From Candidatus Kapaibacterium sp. (GTDB taxonomy: Bacteria > Bacteroidota > Ignavibacteria > Kapaibacteriales > HRBIN21): a stretch of DNA of 64,000 bases. Shown here piece after piece: positions 39,896 through 49,822 of this stretch; the first letter of the stretch is position 1; each line of letters begins with the position of its first letter. The notes beneath the pieces are model-generated. The model ran no database searches and was not told the origin of the DNA. It saw nothing but the letters and a program-made list of their open reading frames with translations. The translations under genes and the position numbers were made by a program. Where the stretch lies: assembly GCA_025059875.1 (NCBI GenBank), contig JANXCT010000002.1, forward strand, positions 153,180 through 217,179, in the 5' to 3' direction.

Positions 39896-40919
39896 GTGTA
39901 TCGTAGTCCTCGGGGCCAGCATCCAACTATGGGCCGAAGAGGAGCGGTATGCCGCCGCCTTCCTCGAAATCCCCTTGGGAGCCCGGGCCCTCGGCCTCGG
40001 TACAGCCTTCACTGCTATTGCAGACGATGCCTGGGGATTCTACTGGAATCCAGCAGGCACAGCACTGACACCCCCAACAGTGCTCGTAGCCGGGATGTAC
40101 AGCTCGCAGTACGGGGCAATTGGATCACCACTGGCCCACTTCTTCCACACTGGACTGCTCCTGCCTATCTCCGGACTACGGGTTGGGGTCCACTGGGTCC
40201 GGTTCACCGCCCCTGACTTACGGGCGTATCCCGACCTGACGCGTGTCCTCTCTCCCCAGGAGCGGGAGGAGCTTGTACGGCGTGCGAGTGCTGGGGACTT
40301 CATCCCGAATGCGGATGAGGCCATCTGGATCGTGCTCGCCCGACTCCTCGTGGTACCAGTGGACTTCGGTTGGCTACGCTTCCAAGTGCCGGTCGAGTTC
40401 CCCGTAGGACTGAACATTAAGCTCCTCCACGAGCAGATTGCCGAACACCGTGCCTCGGGCATCGGGGTGGACGTTGGCGCTATGCTGCGCGTCAACCTCA
40501 AGGACATTGCCTTTGACGAGCGCTGGCCACGCCTCTCGCTTGGGGTCAATGTGCGAGACCTTGGTGGAACACGGCTGCTTTGGACCACCCAGCGACCGCA
40601 CCGTATCCCTCCCTCCGTCTCCTGGGGAGTGGCATTGACACAGCCCTTGGAGGCATGGAAACTAGAACTGACGCTGGGGTATAGCCGTGACGAGCGCTAC
40701 GGAGGGCATAACAACTACGGCATTGAAGTCCTCTATCGCCGTAGTTTTGCCCTCCGGGCCGGCACGTACCGCTCAGTGCTGACCCTTGGGGCCGGGGTTG
40801 ACGCCGGCGTTCTGACAGCTGACTACGGCTTCCTGGCAGACTCAGACACACAACTGGGGAATGTCCACCGCCTGGGCATATGTCTCCGTTTAGAGCCTCT
40901 GCTGAAGCGATTGCAATGA
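39876..40919 (+). CDS. porV: Type IX secretion system outer-membrane protein PorV (LptO)
   Basis: PorV family signature right after the signal peptide (FLEIPLGARALGLGTAFTAIADDAWGFYWNPAG). Beta-barrel amphipathic strands to the end. Start placed at GTG 39876 (20-nt overlap with porU); the in-frame ATG at 39813 would overlap porU by 83 nt. Confidence 0.75.
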   Translation: MWRGFAKCIVVLGASIQLWAEEERYAAAFLEIPLGARALGLGTAFTAIADDAWGFYWNPAGTALTPPTVLVAGMYSSQYGAIGSPLAHFFHTGLLLPISGLRVGVHWVRFTAPDLRAYPDLTRVLSPQEREELVRRASAGDFIPNADEAIWIVLARLLVVPVDFGWLRFQVPVEFPVGLNIKLLHEQIAEHRASGIGVDVGAMLRVNLKDIAFDERWPRLSLGVNVRDLGGTRLLWTTQRPHRIPPSVSWGVALTQPLEAWKLELTLGYSRDERYGGHNNYGIEVLYRRSFALRAGTYRSVLTLGAGVDAGVLTADYGFLADSDTQLGNVHRLGICLRLEPLLKRLQ

Positions 40920-41677
40920 GCCTCGCCGGCATTGTGCTCGGATGGCTCGTGCTGATAGGGTGTAACGATGCTACTACGCTCCCTGAACCGATGTTGCCCG
41001 CTCCGCAGTGGGTGCCCCGTAGTCCCGATACAGCAGCCTTTGAGACAGGGATTCGTCCTTGGCCGGAAGCAGCTGCCGATGGTGTCGGTGGCATTCGGTT
41101 AGAATGGTACGCCCTTAGTCCCTTGGAGGTCGGCGGCTACCGCATCTACCGGAGCGACACGACAGATTCCCTCGGCCGCCCCATCCGATTTACGGAGCTG
41201 GTCACGATAGAGTACGGCACCACGAGCGAAGACACAGCGTACGTAGACCGCACCGTCGCCCATTGGCGCACGTACTACTACCGCGTCCATGCCTTAGACC
41301 GCTCTCCGCAACGCCGCGAGGGGCCTCCTTCCGAAGTCGTCCGCTTCACGCTGGAACCTCCGCCGATTGCCTTGGCACCGAGTGGCGAGGTGCATCTTGA
41401 CTCGGCCGTCTTTCGATGGAGTGGGAACGTCGGTTACATTGTGCTCCGAGTTTTCGAGGTCGACAGCCTCAACCCTGACATCCTACTCCGCCCAGTATGG
41501 GTGTTCGCAGGAACACCACAGGACTACTCCCGACCGCAGATTCGCTACAACCAGGACGGTCGAGCTCTCCCCCTACAGCCGGGGAAGCTCTACCGCTGGC
41601 GTATCAGCCGCATCACGCCGGGACGCCCGGACCGCGGCTCCAGCTCTATATGGCGCACATTCTGGGTTCGCCAATGA
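40916..41677 (+). CDS. Lipoprotein with fibronectin type III-like domain (hypothetical)
   Basis: Lipobox LVLIGC. FN3-like segment (IRLEWYALSPLEVGGYRIYRSDT...YYYRVHALD) and a second beta-sandwich repeat. Start at internal Met MSLAGIV. Overlaps porV stop and the next gene (ATGA). Confidence 0.45.
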   Translation: MSLAGIVLGWLVLIGCNDATTLPEPMLPAPQWVPRSPDTAAFETGIRPWPEAAADGVGGIRLEWYALSPLEVGGYRIYRSDTTDSLGRPIRFTELVTIEYGTTSEDTAYVDRTVAHWRTYYYRVHALDRSPQRREGPPSEVVRFTLEPPPIALAPSGEVHLDSAVFRWSGNVGYIVLRVFEVDSLNPDILLRPVWVFAGTPQDYSRPQIRYNQDGRALPLQPGKLYRWRISRITPGRPDRGSSSIWRTFWVRQ

Positions 41678-42225
41678 GGGCAATAGGAATCCTCCAGCCC
41701 CTGATAACCCTGCTACTGTCGTCATCAGTGCTCGTTGCTCAGCAACTGCGTGATCCCTTCGGTGCGCAGCGCGATCCCACGCAGCAACGCCCATTACCAT
41801 ACTCCGGCCTGGGTGGCGCAGCCTACTACGACCTCAGCTTCGGTACAGGCCTGACGATCCCAGTCAATCTCTGGGGCTATGTCCGGGTTCCAGGGCGCTA
41901 CATCGTACCGAGCTCCACCACCCTCGTCCAGCTCATCTCTTTCGGCGGGGGACCAACGGAGTACGCTCGGCTAACAGATGTTCGGATCATCCGTGACGTC
42001 CGCGTTGACACTACTATCGTCGAGCGAGTCCTTGTGTACAACTTGGAGCTTTACCAGCGCACGGGCGACCCTAGCCAGAATCCGCTACTCTATCCTGGCG
42101 ATACGGTCATCGTCCCAGGCGGGGCATTGAGCACGTTGGAGGTCGTCGTAGGGGTTGTGCGCGACGTTCTGCTTATCCTCCAGGCTGCCGTCACCCTTGT
42201 GCTCTTCTTCCGAGGCGGGCGATGA
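41674..42225 (+). CDS. Polysaccharide export (Wza-like) periplasmic protein with SLBB domain
   Basis: Signal peptide, then the Poly_export/SLBB pattern (NLWGYVRVPGRYIVPSSTTLVQLISFGGGPTEYA...YPGDTVIVP). Start MRAIGIL at 41674, inside the longer track ORF 41497-42225. Confidence 0.55.
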   Translation: MRAIGILQPLITLLLSSSVLVAQQLRDPFGAQRDPTQQRPLPYSGLGGAAYYDLSFGTGLTIPVNLWGYVRVPGRYIVPSSTTLVQLISFGGGPTEYARLTDVRIIRDVRVDTTIVERVLVYNLELYQRTGDPSQNPLLYPGDTVIVPGGALSTLEVVVGVVRDVLLILQAAVTLVLFFRGGR

Positions 42226-43439
42226 GCCGGTGGGGACCTCTCCTCGTTGCCCTCCCTGTGCTGCTAAGCACCTGCAGCCCGCCAGGAAGCTTGGAAGAAC
42301 GCCAGCTTAGCTTCTGGCACTTCTGGAGCGAACCCTCGCATCGCGCTGCCTTGCAGGAACTCATTGCAGAGTTCGAGCAGCGCTACCGCTGCCGCGTGGA
42401 GCTGACAGAGCTGACGTGGAACGAGGGCAAGGCAAAGCTCTTGGCGGCATTCCACGCTGGTAAACCCCCAGACATTGTGGAGCTAGGTTCCGACTGGGTA
42501 GCACAGTTCTCCAGCGCTGGTGTCCTCTGGGAGCTGCCGCCGGACAGCATAGAGTTGGAGCGGTTCGTCCCATTCGCTCATCCTCCATGTTTCTGGAACG
42601 GCAAGCTCTACGCCGTCCCATGGATTGTGGACACCCGGGTCCTCTTCCTCAATCGCACAGCCCTCGAGAATGCAGGCCTTCCTAGCACCCCACCCAAGAC
42701 ATGGCAGGAGCTCCTGGAGCGAGCCCAACAGCTCCATCGGCCGCCGGAAATCTATGGCTGTGGCGTCAACGGAGCCGATCCCCATCGGCTCTACAAGAAG
42801 GTGCTGCCACTGGTCTGGAGCTTCGGAGGCGACATTGTGGACACGACTGGGGCGGTGACCTTCACTCAGCCAGCGGTCATCGCTGCCGTACGCTTCTACA
42901 CTCGGCTCGCCCGCGTGGGGCTCATAGAGACGCAGCGCCAGCTCGATGATGCCTTCTTCCAGGGCAAGCTGGGATTTTGGATCTCTGGAGCCTGGTTGGC
43001 AGAGAAGCTGCGGCAGCAGCCACCGTCGTGGAGCTATTCGCTGGCGCCTCTACCGGGCAATGCTCCAACGAGCGTGGGGGTATCATTCGCCGGCGGTGAG
43101 TACCTCGCCATTAGCGCCCGCTCGCCACGCAAAGCGTTGGCACTCGAACTTGTCCGCTTCCTGACGGACGGAGCCCAGTCAGTCCGATTCTGCCGAAAGG
43201 TCATAGAAGCAGGATTCCCTGCCGACCGTCGTTACCTCCAGGATTCGGCACTCCTCAGCATCCCCTACCGTCGTGTCTTTGCTGAACAGCTCCAACGCGC
43301 CCGAATGACACCCGTCCACCCTCGGTGGCTGGACATTGAAGCCGCCTTTGAGAACGCTGTCGTAGAAGCACTCTACGGTATCCGCTCCCCCGAGGCTGCC
43401 CTCCAGCAAGCCTCCCAAGACCTTGTCTCCCAGCAGTAG
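42222..43439 (+). CDS. ABC transporter substrate-binding lipoprotein (family-1 extracellular solute-binding protein, sugar/oligosaccharide type)
   Basis: Lipobox LLSTCS. SBP_bac_1-like pattern (LSFWHFWSEP...ELIAEFEQRY...ELTWNEGKAKLLAAFHAGKPPDIVELGSDWVAQFSSAG). ~400 aa. ATGA overlap with the upstream gene. Confidence 0.65.
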   Translation: MSRWGPLLVALPVLLSTCSPPGSLEERQLSFWHFWSEPSHRAALQELIAEFEQRYRCRVELTELTWNEGKAKLLAAFHAGKPPDIVELGSDWVAQFSSAGVLWELPPDSIELERFVPFAHPPCFWNGKLYAVPWIVDTRVLFLNRTALENAGLPSTPPKTWQELLERAQQLHRPPEIYGCGVNGADPHRLYKKVLPLVWSFGGDIVDTTGAVTFTQPAVIAAVRFYTRLARVGLIETQRQLDDAFFQGKLGFWISGAWLAEKLRQQPPSWSYSLAPLPGNAPTSVGVSFAGGEYLAISARSPRKALALELVRFLTDGAQSVRFCRKVIEAGFPADRRYLQDSALLSIPYRRVFAEQLQRARMTPVHPRWLDIEAAFENAVVEALYGIRSPEAALQQASQDLVSQQ

Positions 43440-43477
43440 TCCAGACGAAGGCCTCAGCCTTCTGGAGCAACACCACC

Positions 43478-43957
43478 CTAGGTCTCCGCCTCCACGTGGG
43501 TAATGAGCCACCGCAGCGTGCCACTCCACCGGCGCGGCTCTGGGAGCTCTATACAGCAGATAGCCCCAGCCGGGAAGGCAATCCGAAACGCAGAGCTGCC
43601 ACAGAGCTCACCAATCCAGGCCGGCATGCTTGGTGCGTGTCCCACGAAGAGGACTTGTTGGCATTCGGCAAAGGCAATGAGAAGCGCCTGGACCCCAGCA
43701 GTAGAGCCCATCGGCGACAGCGCTTCGTCTTTGAGAATCTCCTGCGAATACCCCAAACCATCCGCTACTAGCCGTGCCGTCTGCAGAGCCCTCTGGTAAG
43801 GACTGCTCACAATCTGCTCAGGACGCACCCCAAGAGCCCGAAGGCGTGGCAAGAGACGGCGTACATACGCACGTCCTTCCGGAGAGAGCGGTCGGGAAAG
43901 ATCGTCAACCCCCTGCCCTACTTCCGCGCGGGCATGGCGCATGAGGTAGACTAACAT
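43478..43957 (-). CDS. sixA: Phosphohistidine phosphatase SixA (histidine phosphatase superfamily)
   Basis: LMRHARA catalytic RHG-type motif at the N-terminus. ~159 aa, His near the C-terminal third (VGHAPSMP). Confidence 0.7.
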   Translation of the reverse strand: MLVYLMRHARAEVGQGVDDLSRPLSPEGRAYVRRLLPRLRALGVRPEQIVSSPYQRALQTARLVADGLGYSQEILKDEALSPMGSTAGVQALLIAFAECQQVLFVGHAPSMPAWIGELCGSSAFRIAFPAGAICCIELPEPRRWSGTLRWLITHVEAET

Positions 43958-44010
43958 CGCTTGGCCCTAATCGCAGTACAGCCTGTCCACGCCGTTGGCT
44001 GCTGATGGAC

Positions 44011-46077
44011 TCAGGATTCTGAGGCCCGCTCAGGCTCGGAGAGCTGGGAGGTACCAACCGTTGTGGATGGGAGAAGCCGCTCTGCTAGTAACTCTGCGAC
44101 GTCATAGACCCGCACCTCGTCTGCTTTGCCCAGGGCTTTGACCCCGTCCGACAGCATCGTCATGCAGAAAGGGCAATTGACAGCGATCGTTGTAGCACCG
44201 GTGCGGAGCAGCTCCTCCGTGCGCTCCAGATTCACCTTCTTACCCACGCGCTCTTCCATGAACATCCTCCCGCCGCCAGCACCGCAGCAGAAGCCGCGGT
44301 CACGAGCTCGCTCTGGTTCGCGGAGCCCTTCCGGTTGCAGCACCTGCAGGAGGTACCGCGGAGCTTCGTACTCGCTGTTGTATCGCCCAAGGTAGCAGGA
44401 GTCGTGGTAGACCACGGTTCGCAGGAGGGCATCAGTGTCGCGGTCTGCTTGCGGCAGTCTCCCTTGTTCTAAGAGCTGTCGGAGGTACTGCGTGTGGTGA
44501 TATACCTCGTACGTTCCGCCGTAGCGAGGGTACTCATTCCGCAGGGTGTTGTAGCAATGGGGGCAAATCGTTACGATGGTGCGGACTCTGTAGCGGTTGA
44601 GCGTCTCTACATTGGCTCGAGTGAGCATATCGGCTACGTACTCATTCCCAGTTCGTCGAGCGGGATCCCCAGTGCATTGCTCCTCTGCCCCCAGAATGCG
44701 GACCCTCACGCCAGCAGCCAGAAGCAACCGAACAACAGCGCGAGCAACTCGCTGAGCCCGCTGGTCGTAGCTACCCGCACACCCAGCCCAGAAGAGCACG
44801 TCATATGCGGTGGAGTCTTCCGCAAGGGTCTTAATTGGCAGATCTGCTGCCCAGGCCGCTCGGTCAGCCGCGGAGAAGGCCCAAGGGGTCGCATTTGTCT
44901 CCAAGTTTCCGTAGGCCGGTTGGAGCTCGGTCGGGAAGCGGGCTTCCATCATGACTAGGCCCCGTCGTAGCTCCACGATGATGGGGACATGCTCAATCAT
45001 AATCGGGCAAGCCTCCATGCAAGCCCCGCACGTTGTACACTGCCACAATGCCTCCTCCGGGATGTAGTCCCCGACGAAGCGCTTTTGAAGTACGGCCTCT
45101 TCCTCTGCCGTCAATGGCTTCCCCTGTCGCTGCTTCAGCAGCAACGGCATTCGATCGAGCGTCCGCTGCCGCACTGCAACAATGATCGCCCTAGGATCGA
45201 GCACCTTCCCCGTCTGGTTGGCTGGACAGACACTGGTACAGCGCCCACAGTAGGTACAGGAGTAGCCGTCGAGGATGCTCTTCCAGGACAAGTGCTCTAC
45301 ATCGGTCGCCCCAAACGTCTCGGCATCTTCCTTTGTGAAATCCATCGGCTGTAGGGCACTAGCCGGCCTTGTACGGGCAAAGAAGACCGCCGGAATGGAG
45401 GTCAACACATGCAGGTGCTTGGAGAACGGCAGGTAGTTGAGGAAGATGAGAATGAAGCCGATGTGGAACCACCAGCCAATTTCAAAGAGGAAAGGTGTAG
45501 GCTCGGCCGGCGGAAAGAGGTGTGCCAGCAGGGCAGCAACTGGACGTACGGCCCAGGCATGGTCCATTCCTAAGGCAATCCGCGTGCTGTTCTGTAGCAG
45601 GAGCGCCGCCACGATAACCGTGATCAACCCCAGTACTAGAGCGGCATCAAGCTGCTGTGACCGATCCCCTTGGAGGCGTGGGACACGTTGTATCCAGCGG
45701 CGCCAGGCAGCCCATGCAACGCCCGCCAGTACCAGCACGCAGAAGAGGTCCACTGCTATGGTGCTGAGCGAGTAAAGGGGCCCCAAGAAGCTCAACGACC
45801 ACTGCGGATGGAACCCTTCCAAAACGGCCTCCACCGCTGAAGAGAGGAGCACAAGAAATCCCCAGAAGATTGCCGCATGGAGCCAACCTGCCGCTCGGTC
45901 TTTGAGAATTCGCTTCTGTCCAATTCCTACCACTAGCGTCTGCCACAGCCGCTGGCCTATGTTGTCCCACCGCTTCTCTGGGCGTGCCAGCCAGAGGAAA
46001 CGGAGTAGCTGCCATACGTTGTAGGCGAAGATCCCGACTGCAGCCACAAACATCGGAATGAACACGAGCGAGCGCAT
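44011..46077 (-). CDS. Membrane-bound (Fe-S)-binding oxidoreductase: N-terminal NarI-like cytochrome b domain fused to 2x[4Fe-4S] ferredoxin and two CCG domains (HdrD/GlpC/DsrK-like)
   Basis: Five or more TM helices at the N-terminus. Two CxxCxxCxxxCP clusters (CTYCGRCTSVCP, CTTCGACMEACP). Two Cys-rich CCG-type domains (CPHCYNTLRNEYP; FHDSCYLGRYN; GFCCGAGGG). Confidence 0.7.
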   Translation of the reverse strand: MRSLVFIPMFVAAVGIFAYNVWQLLRFLWLARPEKRWDNIGQRLWQTLVVGIGQKRILKDRAAGWLHAAIFWGFLVLLSSAVEAVLEGFHPQWSLSFLGPLYSLSTIAVDLFCVLVLAGVAWAAWRRWIQRVPRLQGDRSQQLDAALVLGLITVIVAALLLQNSTRIALGMDHAWAVRPVAALLAHLFPPAEPTPFLFEIGWWFHIGFILIFLNYLPFSKHLHVLTSIPAVFFARTRPASALQPMDFTKEDAETFGATDVEHLSWKSILDGYSCTYCGRCTSVCPANQTGKVLDPRAIIVAVRQRTLDRMPLLLKQRQGKPLTAEEEAVLQKRFVGDYIPEEALWQCTTCGACMEACPIMIEHVPIIVELRRGLVMMEARFPTELQPAYGNLETNATPWAFSAADRAAWAADLPIKTLAEDSTAYDVLFWAGCAGSYDQRAQRVARAVVRLLLAAGVRVRILGAEEQCTGDPARRTGNEYVADMLTRANVETLNRYRVRTIVTICPHCYNTLRNEYPRYGGTYEVYHHTQYLRQLLEQGRLPQADRDTDALLRTVVYHDSCYLGRYNSEYEAPRYLLQVLQPEGLREPERARDRGFCCGAGGGRMFMEERVGKKVNLERTEELLRTGATTIAVNCPFCMTMLSDGVKALGKADEVRVYDVAELLAERLLPSTTVGTSQLSEPERASES

Positions 46078-46562
46078 CCCACCGCAACACTACAGTCTCA
46101 CCAGACACCGCAAAAATAGGCAGTGCAGCTGCCCTTACCCTTGCTAGCTGCTTCAAGCTCTGCATCAACTACACCCTCGCCCACGAGGGTCACTCTCCGA
46201 GGCTCGAAGAGGATACCTTCGTTTCTCAGCATGGAGCGCGCTTGCCGTGAACAGGAGCTTATTCTCTGGAACACCGTCCTCCCCCGTCCCTTCCTGCTCG
46301 CTCAGAGCTGCTCTACCCCTACTGAGCAAATCCTCCGCCCACCGATACCCCCTTTACACTCAGAAGGGGCCAGGCCTCCCGTGCTTCTCAGCAACGCCTC
46401 ACACCGTAGCAGAATCCTGCAGCTCCTCCTCCACAGTTCAGCACATACGAAGCCCTTAGCTCGCCAGCAGCCCCCGTCCCCGCGTGCATCCCTGATTTCA
46501 AGGGATTGCCGTAGCTTCCCATCTCCCAATTCCAGCGCCGCCATATAGCACCCACACGCCCT

Positions 46563-46985
46563 TCAGGGAAGCCGACGCCGCAGAAACTGCAGCAGTTCTG
46601 AATACAGATCCTCAACGGCCTTGGGAAGCTCCTCACCCATCCCCCACTGGAGCCGATAGCGCCCGCTAGCGGTACGGAGCTCTAAGAAGGCGGTCATATT
46701 GCCAGCTCCTTGTAGCCGTACCCCTTGGCGCTCTAGCACTACCAGCCGCCGGAAGAAGGGTTGGAGACTATCAGCTGCGACGCGACCGAGTTCCTCCATC
46801 CCTTCAGGCCGTCCAGGCATTTGGCTCCAGCGGAGCACCAATCCATCGGAGCGCACAATGTAACCAGAGTAGAGTCCTGTGAATCCTCCACCTTGACCGA
46901 CGAGAATCTCCCCTTCCACAGGCAGATCCACAGCCGAAGAACGGCAGCCCATCACAAAGCCTGCAAAGAGCACAAGCAGTGTCAT
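46563..46985 (-). CDS. Small hypothetical lipoprotein
   Basis: Signal and lipobox (MTLLVLFAGFVMGC) at the internal Met of track ORF 46563-47213. ~141 aa. Terminal gene of a co-directional block. Confidence 0.35.
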   Translation of the reverse strand: MTLLVLFAGFVMGCRSSAVDLPVEGEILVGQGGGFTGLYSGYIVRSDGLVLRWSQMPGRPEGMEELGRVAADSLQPFFRRLVVLERQGVRLQGAGNMTAFLELRTASGRYRLQWGMGEELPKAVEDLYSELLQFLRRRLP

Positions 46986-46995
46986 TGCACTTCCT

Positions 46996-48054
46996 TCACA
47001 TGTCCGTTGACAGCCGGAGCCGAACAATGCGTCCATTGGCCGCATCGGCAATGTAGATGGTCCTGTTGTACACTGCCACTCCCGATGGAGCTCGAAGTCG
47101 AAATACCCCCTCCCCACGATACCCGCGAACGAGCATCCCCGACGGCGAGAGCACGTAGAGGCTATCGGTCTCCACATCCACAACGTATACCGATCCCGCA
47201 GCGTCGAAGGCAACCCCTTCAGGCGCAGTGAACCGCCCAGGCTGCAGTACTGTGGGGGTCTGTCGCGTAGGGTCGAACTTCTGCGTCCATCCAGCCCCTT
47301 CGCCAGTAACGTACGTCAGCCACTGCACGCGGTACTGCATCGCCTCGCCTCGCTGACAGAAGACTAACTCCCGCCCGTTAGCAGAGACGGCTAATCCGCT
47401 GAGCTGTTCGATAGCGTTGAGGGCAATCCCCACCGGTCGAAGTACAGGGATCGGCGAACGCAGCCGGTCATCTGCCCCGATGTGCAGTACGGCCTCGTCT
47501 GGGTCCACGGGAGAGCTGTTGTACGGGCCTGTCCGGGCAACGAGGTAGCTGTTGTCTGGCAAGACAGCGATGCCACTGAAGCGTCGCTGTGGCCGCTCCG
47601 GTTCTGCATAAGCCACTAAGACCCGTGCTCGCTGGATGTCGTGTCGCGCTTCGCGGAGCTTGATCCGAAAGACCGCTCCAATTGTCACCCGACCCCTCGG
47701 CAGGACTGTGTCGAGCTCCCCGCAGACGAGCAGGTCAAAATGCCCATCCTGTGCCAACGCTACAGGTCGTCGGATAGGCGGAGAGACCCCCACAAGACGC
47801 CCTGCCAAGTCCAACATCACCACCCGATCGTTGTCCGTATCGGCCACGTAGATGAAAGGTTCGCGTCCAACCAGAACATCTGACGGGTTACGGAAGCCCA
47901 TCCACGCAGGGTCCAAGGGGACATAGACTGTGTCTCCTATTCTGGCGGTATCCAGGGGCGGCACTGTCGGCAACGAAGGGGGGTCTACGAGACACCCCCA
48001 GTTCCCAACAGACACCATCACCACCAAGGGCCACCACCGTAGCAACCGTGTCAT
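46996..48054 (-). CDS. NHL-repeat (beta-propeller) lipoprotein
   Basis: Lipobox-like VSVGNWGC. Repeated NHL-type segments (PSDVLVGREPFIYVADTDNDRVVMLD; PEGVAFDAAGSVYVVDVETDSLYVL; APSGVAVYNRTIYIADAANGRIVRL). Confidence 0.55.
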   Translation of the reverse strand: MTRLLRWWPLVVMVSVGNWGCLVDPPSLPTVPPLDTARIGDTVYVPLDPAWMGFRNPSDVLVGREPFIYVADTDNDRVVMLDLAGRLVGVSPPIRRPVALAQDGHFDLLVCGELDTVLPRGRVTIGAVFRIKLREARHDIQRARVLVAYAEPERPQRRFSGIAVLPDNSYLVARTGPYNSSPVDPDEAVLHIGADDRLRSPIPVLRPVGIALNAIEQLSGLAVSANGRELVFCQRGEAMQYRVQWLTYVTGEGAGWTQKFDPTRQTPTVLQPGRFTAPEGVAFDAAGSVYVVDVETDSLYVLSPSGMLVRGYRGEGVFRLRAPSGVAVYNRTIYIADAANGRIVRLRLSTDM

Positions 48055-49058
48055 GGCAAGCGGAAAGGCTCGATACTCAGCCCCAACCGATAGACCAAGC
48101 CAAGCGGGGCCCGCGTGGCGAGAGCATAATCAAGCTGCCACATGACTGGAGGCACTGGTAACCGAAACCCAATCCCAGCTCCCCACCACTCTGCCGCTCG
48201 AGCTCGCAGCCCCGCACGCACCATGAGCTCGGCAGGGAAGGCGGCCGAGAAGCGCACTACGTACTCGCTGGCAACGGCATAACTCTCGACGTCGTCACTG
48301 GGATGCTCCAGCGAGAGCATCCATGTCCAGCGCTGGTCCTCTCGCTGGATGAGCTCTCCGGCCACCCCGATCCGAAAGACCGTTGGTGGAGCAAACTCAC
48401 GGAAATCGGCTGAATGGTTACCCACAGGCTCTACCGCAGCAATGCTCCCACGGGCTCGTAGAGGGAGCCCGAACTGCGAGACCGCAACTGCGAGCCGCAG
48501 GCTCCCAATTCCTGTCCAGTACAGCGTCCCAGCGTCCCAGACGAGTCCTTCCAACGTAGCCTCTGCCCACTGTTCCCGAACATACCGCACGGTAACGCCA
48601 GCGGCAAACTGGTCCGTGAACCGATGTGCGTAGGCAATCCCAGCATTCCAGTGGCCGAAGCGGAACTGTCGCCCTGTGCCGTAAGGACGGTATTCAGTCG
48701 TTTCCTCAATCGGTGGCAATCCAAGTGCAGAAGCCGTCAGCACAACCATCCCCGCCGACCACGGACGGAAGCCCACCGCTAAGGAGGAATGGATGATGTC
48801 TGCAACGAAGCGCTGAAATACTACGCCTACGGCATACGGAGCTGCGAGCTCCACGGCCGTCGCCGGGTTAGGGCTGACGTTGATTCCATCAGGCAGTGCC
48901 GTCGTTGCTCCCACCAGCGCTGCACTCCGAGCACTCCCCAGCAGTCGCAGGGCCACAGCCGTGGAGATCCCGACACGCTCTTCACCAAAGCGCGGGAAGA
49001 CCTGCCCTACTGCGATGGCAGCTAGTAACGATGTCAAGCAGCACGCCCAGAACCACAT
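48051..49058 (-). CDS. PorV/PorQ-family outer-membrane beta-barrel protein (putative PorQ-like)
   Basis: Signal peptide, then a motif resembling the PorV/PorQ N-terminal signature (LRLLGSARSAALVGATTALPDGINVSPNPA). Alternating amphipathic beta-strands throughout. Compare with the bona fide PorV at 39876. Confidence 0.45.
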   Translation of the reverse strand: MWFWACCLTSLLAAIAVGQVFPRFGEERVGISTAVALRLLGSARSAALVGATTALPDGINVSPNPATAVELAAPYAVGVVFQRFVADIIHSSLAVGFRPWSAGMVVLTASALGLPPIEETTEYRPYGTGRQFRFGHWNAGIAYAHRFTDQFAAGVTVRYVREQWAEATLEGLVWDAGTLYWTGIGSLRLAVAVSQFGLPLRARGSIAAVEPVGNHSADFREFAPPTVFRIGVAGELIQREDQRWTWMLSLEHPSDDVESYAVASEYVVRFSAAFPAELMVRAGLRARAAEWWGAGIGFRLPVPPVMWQLDYALATRAPLGLVYRLGLSIEPFRLP

Positions 49059-49822
49059 CAGTGCCGCGCTACCCCTCCGTCAACATTGATGGTCTGGCCT
49101 GTGATAATTCCAGAAGCCGGCATCGCCAAAAAGACCACGACGTTGGCAATATCCTCCGGCTCGTCAGCTCGATGGACCGCCTGCGTTGGCAGGATATGCT
49201 GGAGGATCGTCTGCGAAAGTGGAGCGGCATTAGGCCGCTGCGTTGCTGTCAATCCGACGGTAATAGCGTTGACCGTAATCCCATACCGGCCTACCTCCGC
49301 TGCCAGTGAGCGGACGAAGCCGATGATGCCCATCTTGGCCGTTACGTAGTGGACCAAATACGGCGTCCCCAGCCAGACCGTGTCAGAAGAGAGGGCAATG
49401 ATGCGCCCAAAGCCATGCTCCTTCATCAAGGGCAGCACAGCCTTGACGGTGAGGAAGAGGCTATCGAGCGTCACCCCCAGCATTCGCTTCCACTGCTGGA
49501 AGGTCAGTAGCTCAAAGGGCTCCTCCTCGTAAATGCCGACGTTGTGGACCAAGATATCCACCCTCCCCCAGCGAGAGCGGATTGTCTCCACGACTCGTTC
49601 AACGTCCGATGGCTGCGTGAGGTCTGCCTGAACGGTGAGGACCTCTCCCCCTATGCGGTGGACTGCTTCGGCAGTCTCGCTCGCGTCTGCAATATCGGCA
49701 ATAGCGATACGTGCTCCTTCTTCGGCCAGGCGCTCACAAAAGGCACGTCCGTTTCCGATCGCCGCTCCCGTAACTAACGCAACGCGTCCCTGGAGCCCCT
49801 GCTCAAAGCGGTGGATTTGCAT
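49058..49822 (-). CDS. SDR-family oxidoreductase (3-oxoacyl reductase-like; candidate 3-ketosphinganine-type reductase by context)
   Basis: TGAAIGNG Rossmann motif, NVG..., catalytic S...Y...K (YVTAKMG). 254 aa. Its start overlaps the alpha-oxoamine synthase stop. Confidence 0.75.
   Translation of the reverse strand: MQIHRFEQGLQGRVALVTGAAIGNGRAFCERLAEEGARIAIADIADASETAEAVHRIGGEVLTVQADLTQPSDVERVVETIRSRWGRVDILVHNVGIYEEEPFELLTFQQWKRMLGVTLDSLFLTVKAVLPLMKEHGFGRIIALSSDTVWLGTPYLVHYVTAKMGIIGFVRSLAAEVGRYGITVNAITVGLTATQRPNAAPLSQTILQHILPTQAVHRADEPEDIANVVVFLAMPASGIITGQTINVDGGVARH

Noticed and set aside
46485-46503. Hairpin ATCCCT-GATTTCA-AGGGAT as an intrinsic terminator
   Set aside because: Not followed by a T-run on either strand; retained only as part of the long-spacer finding.
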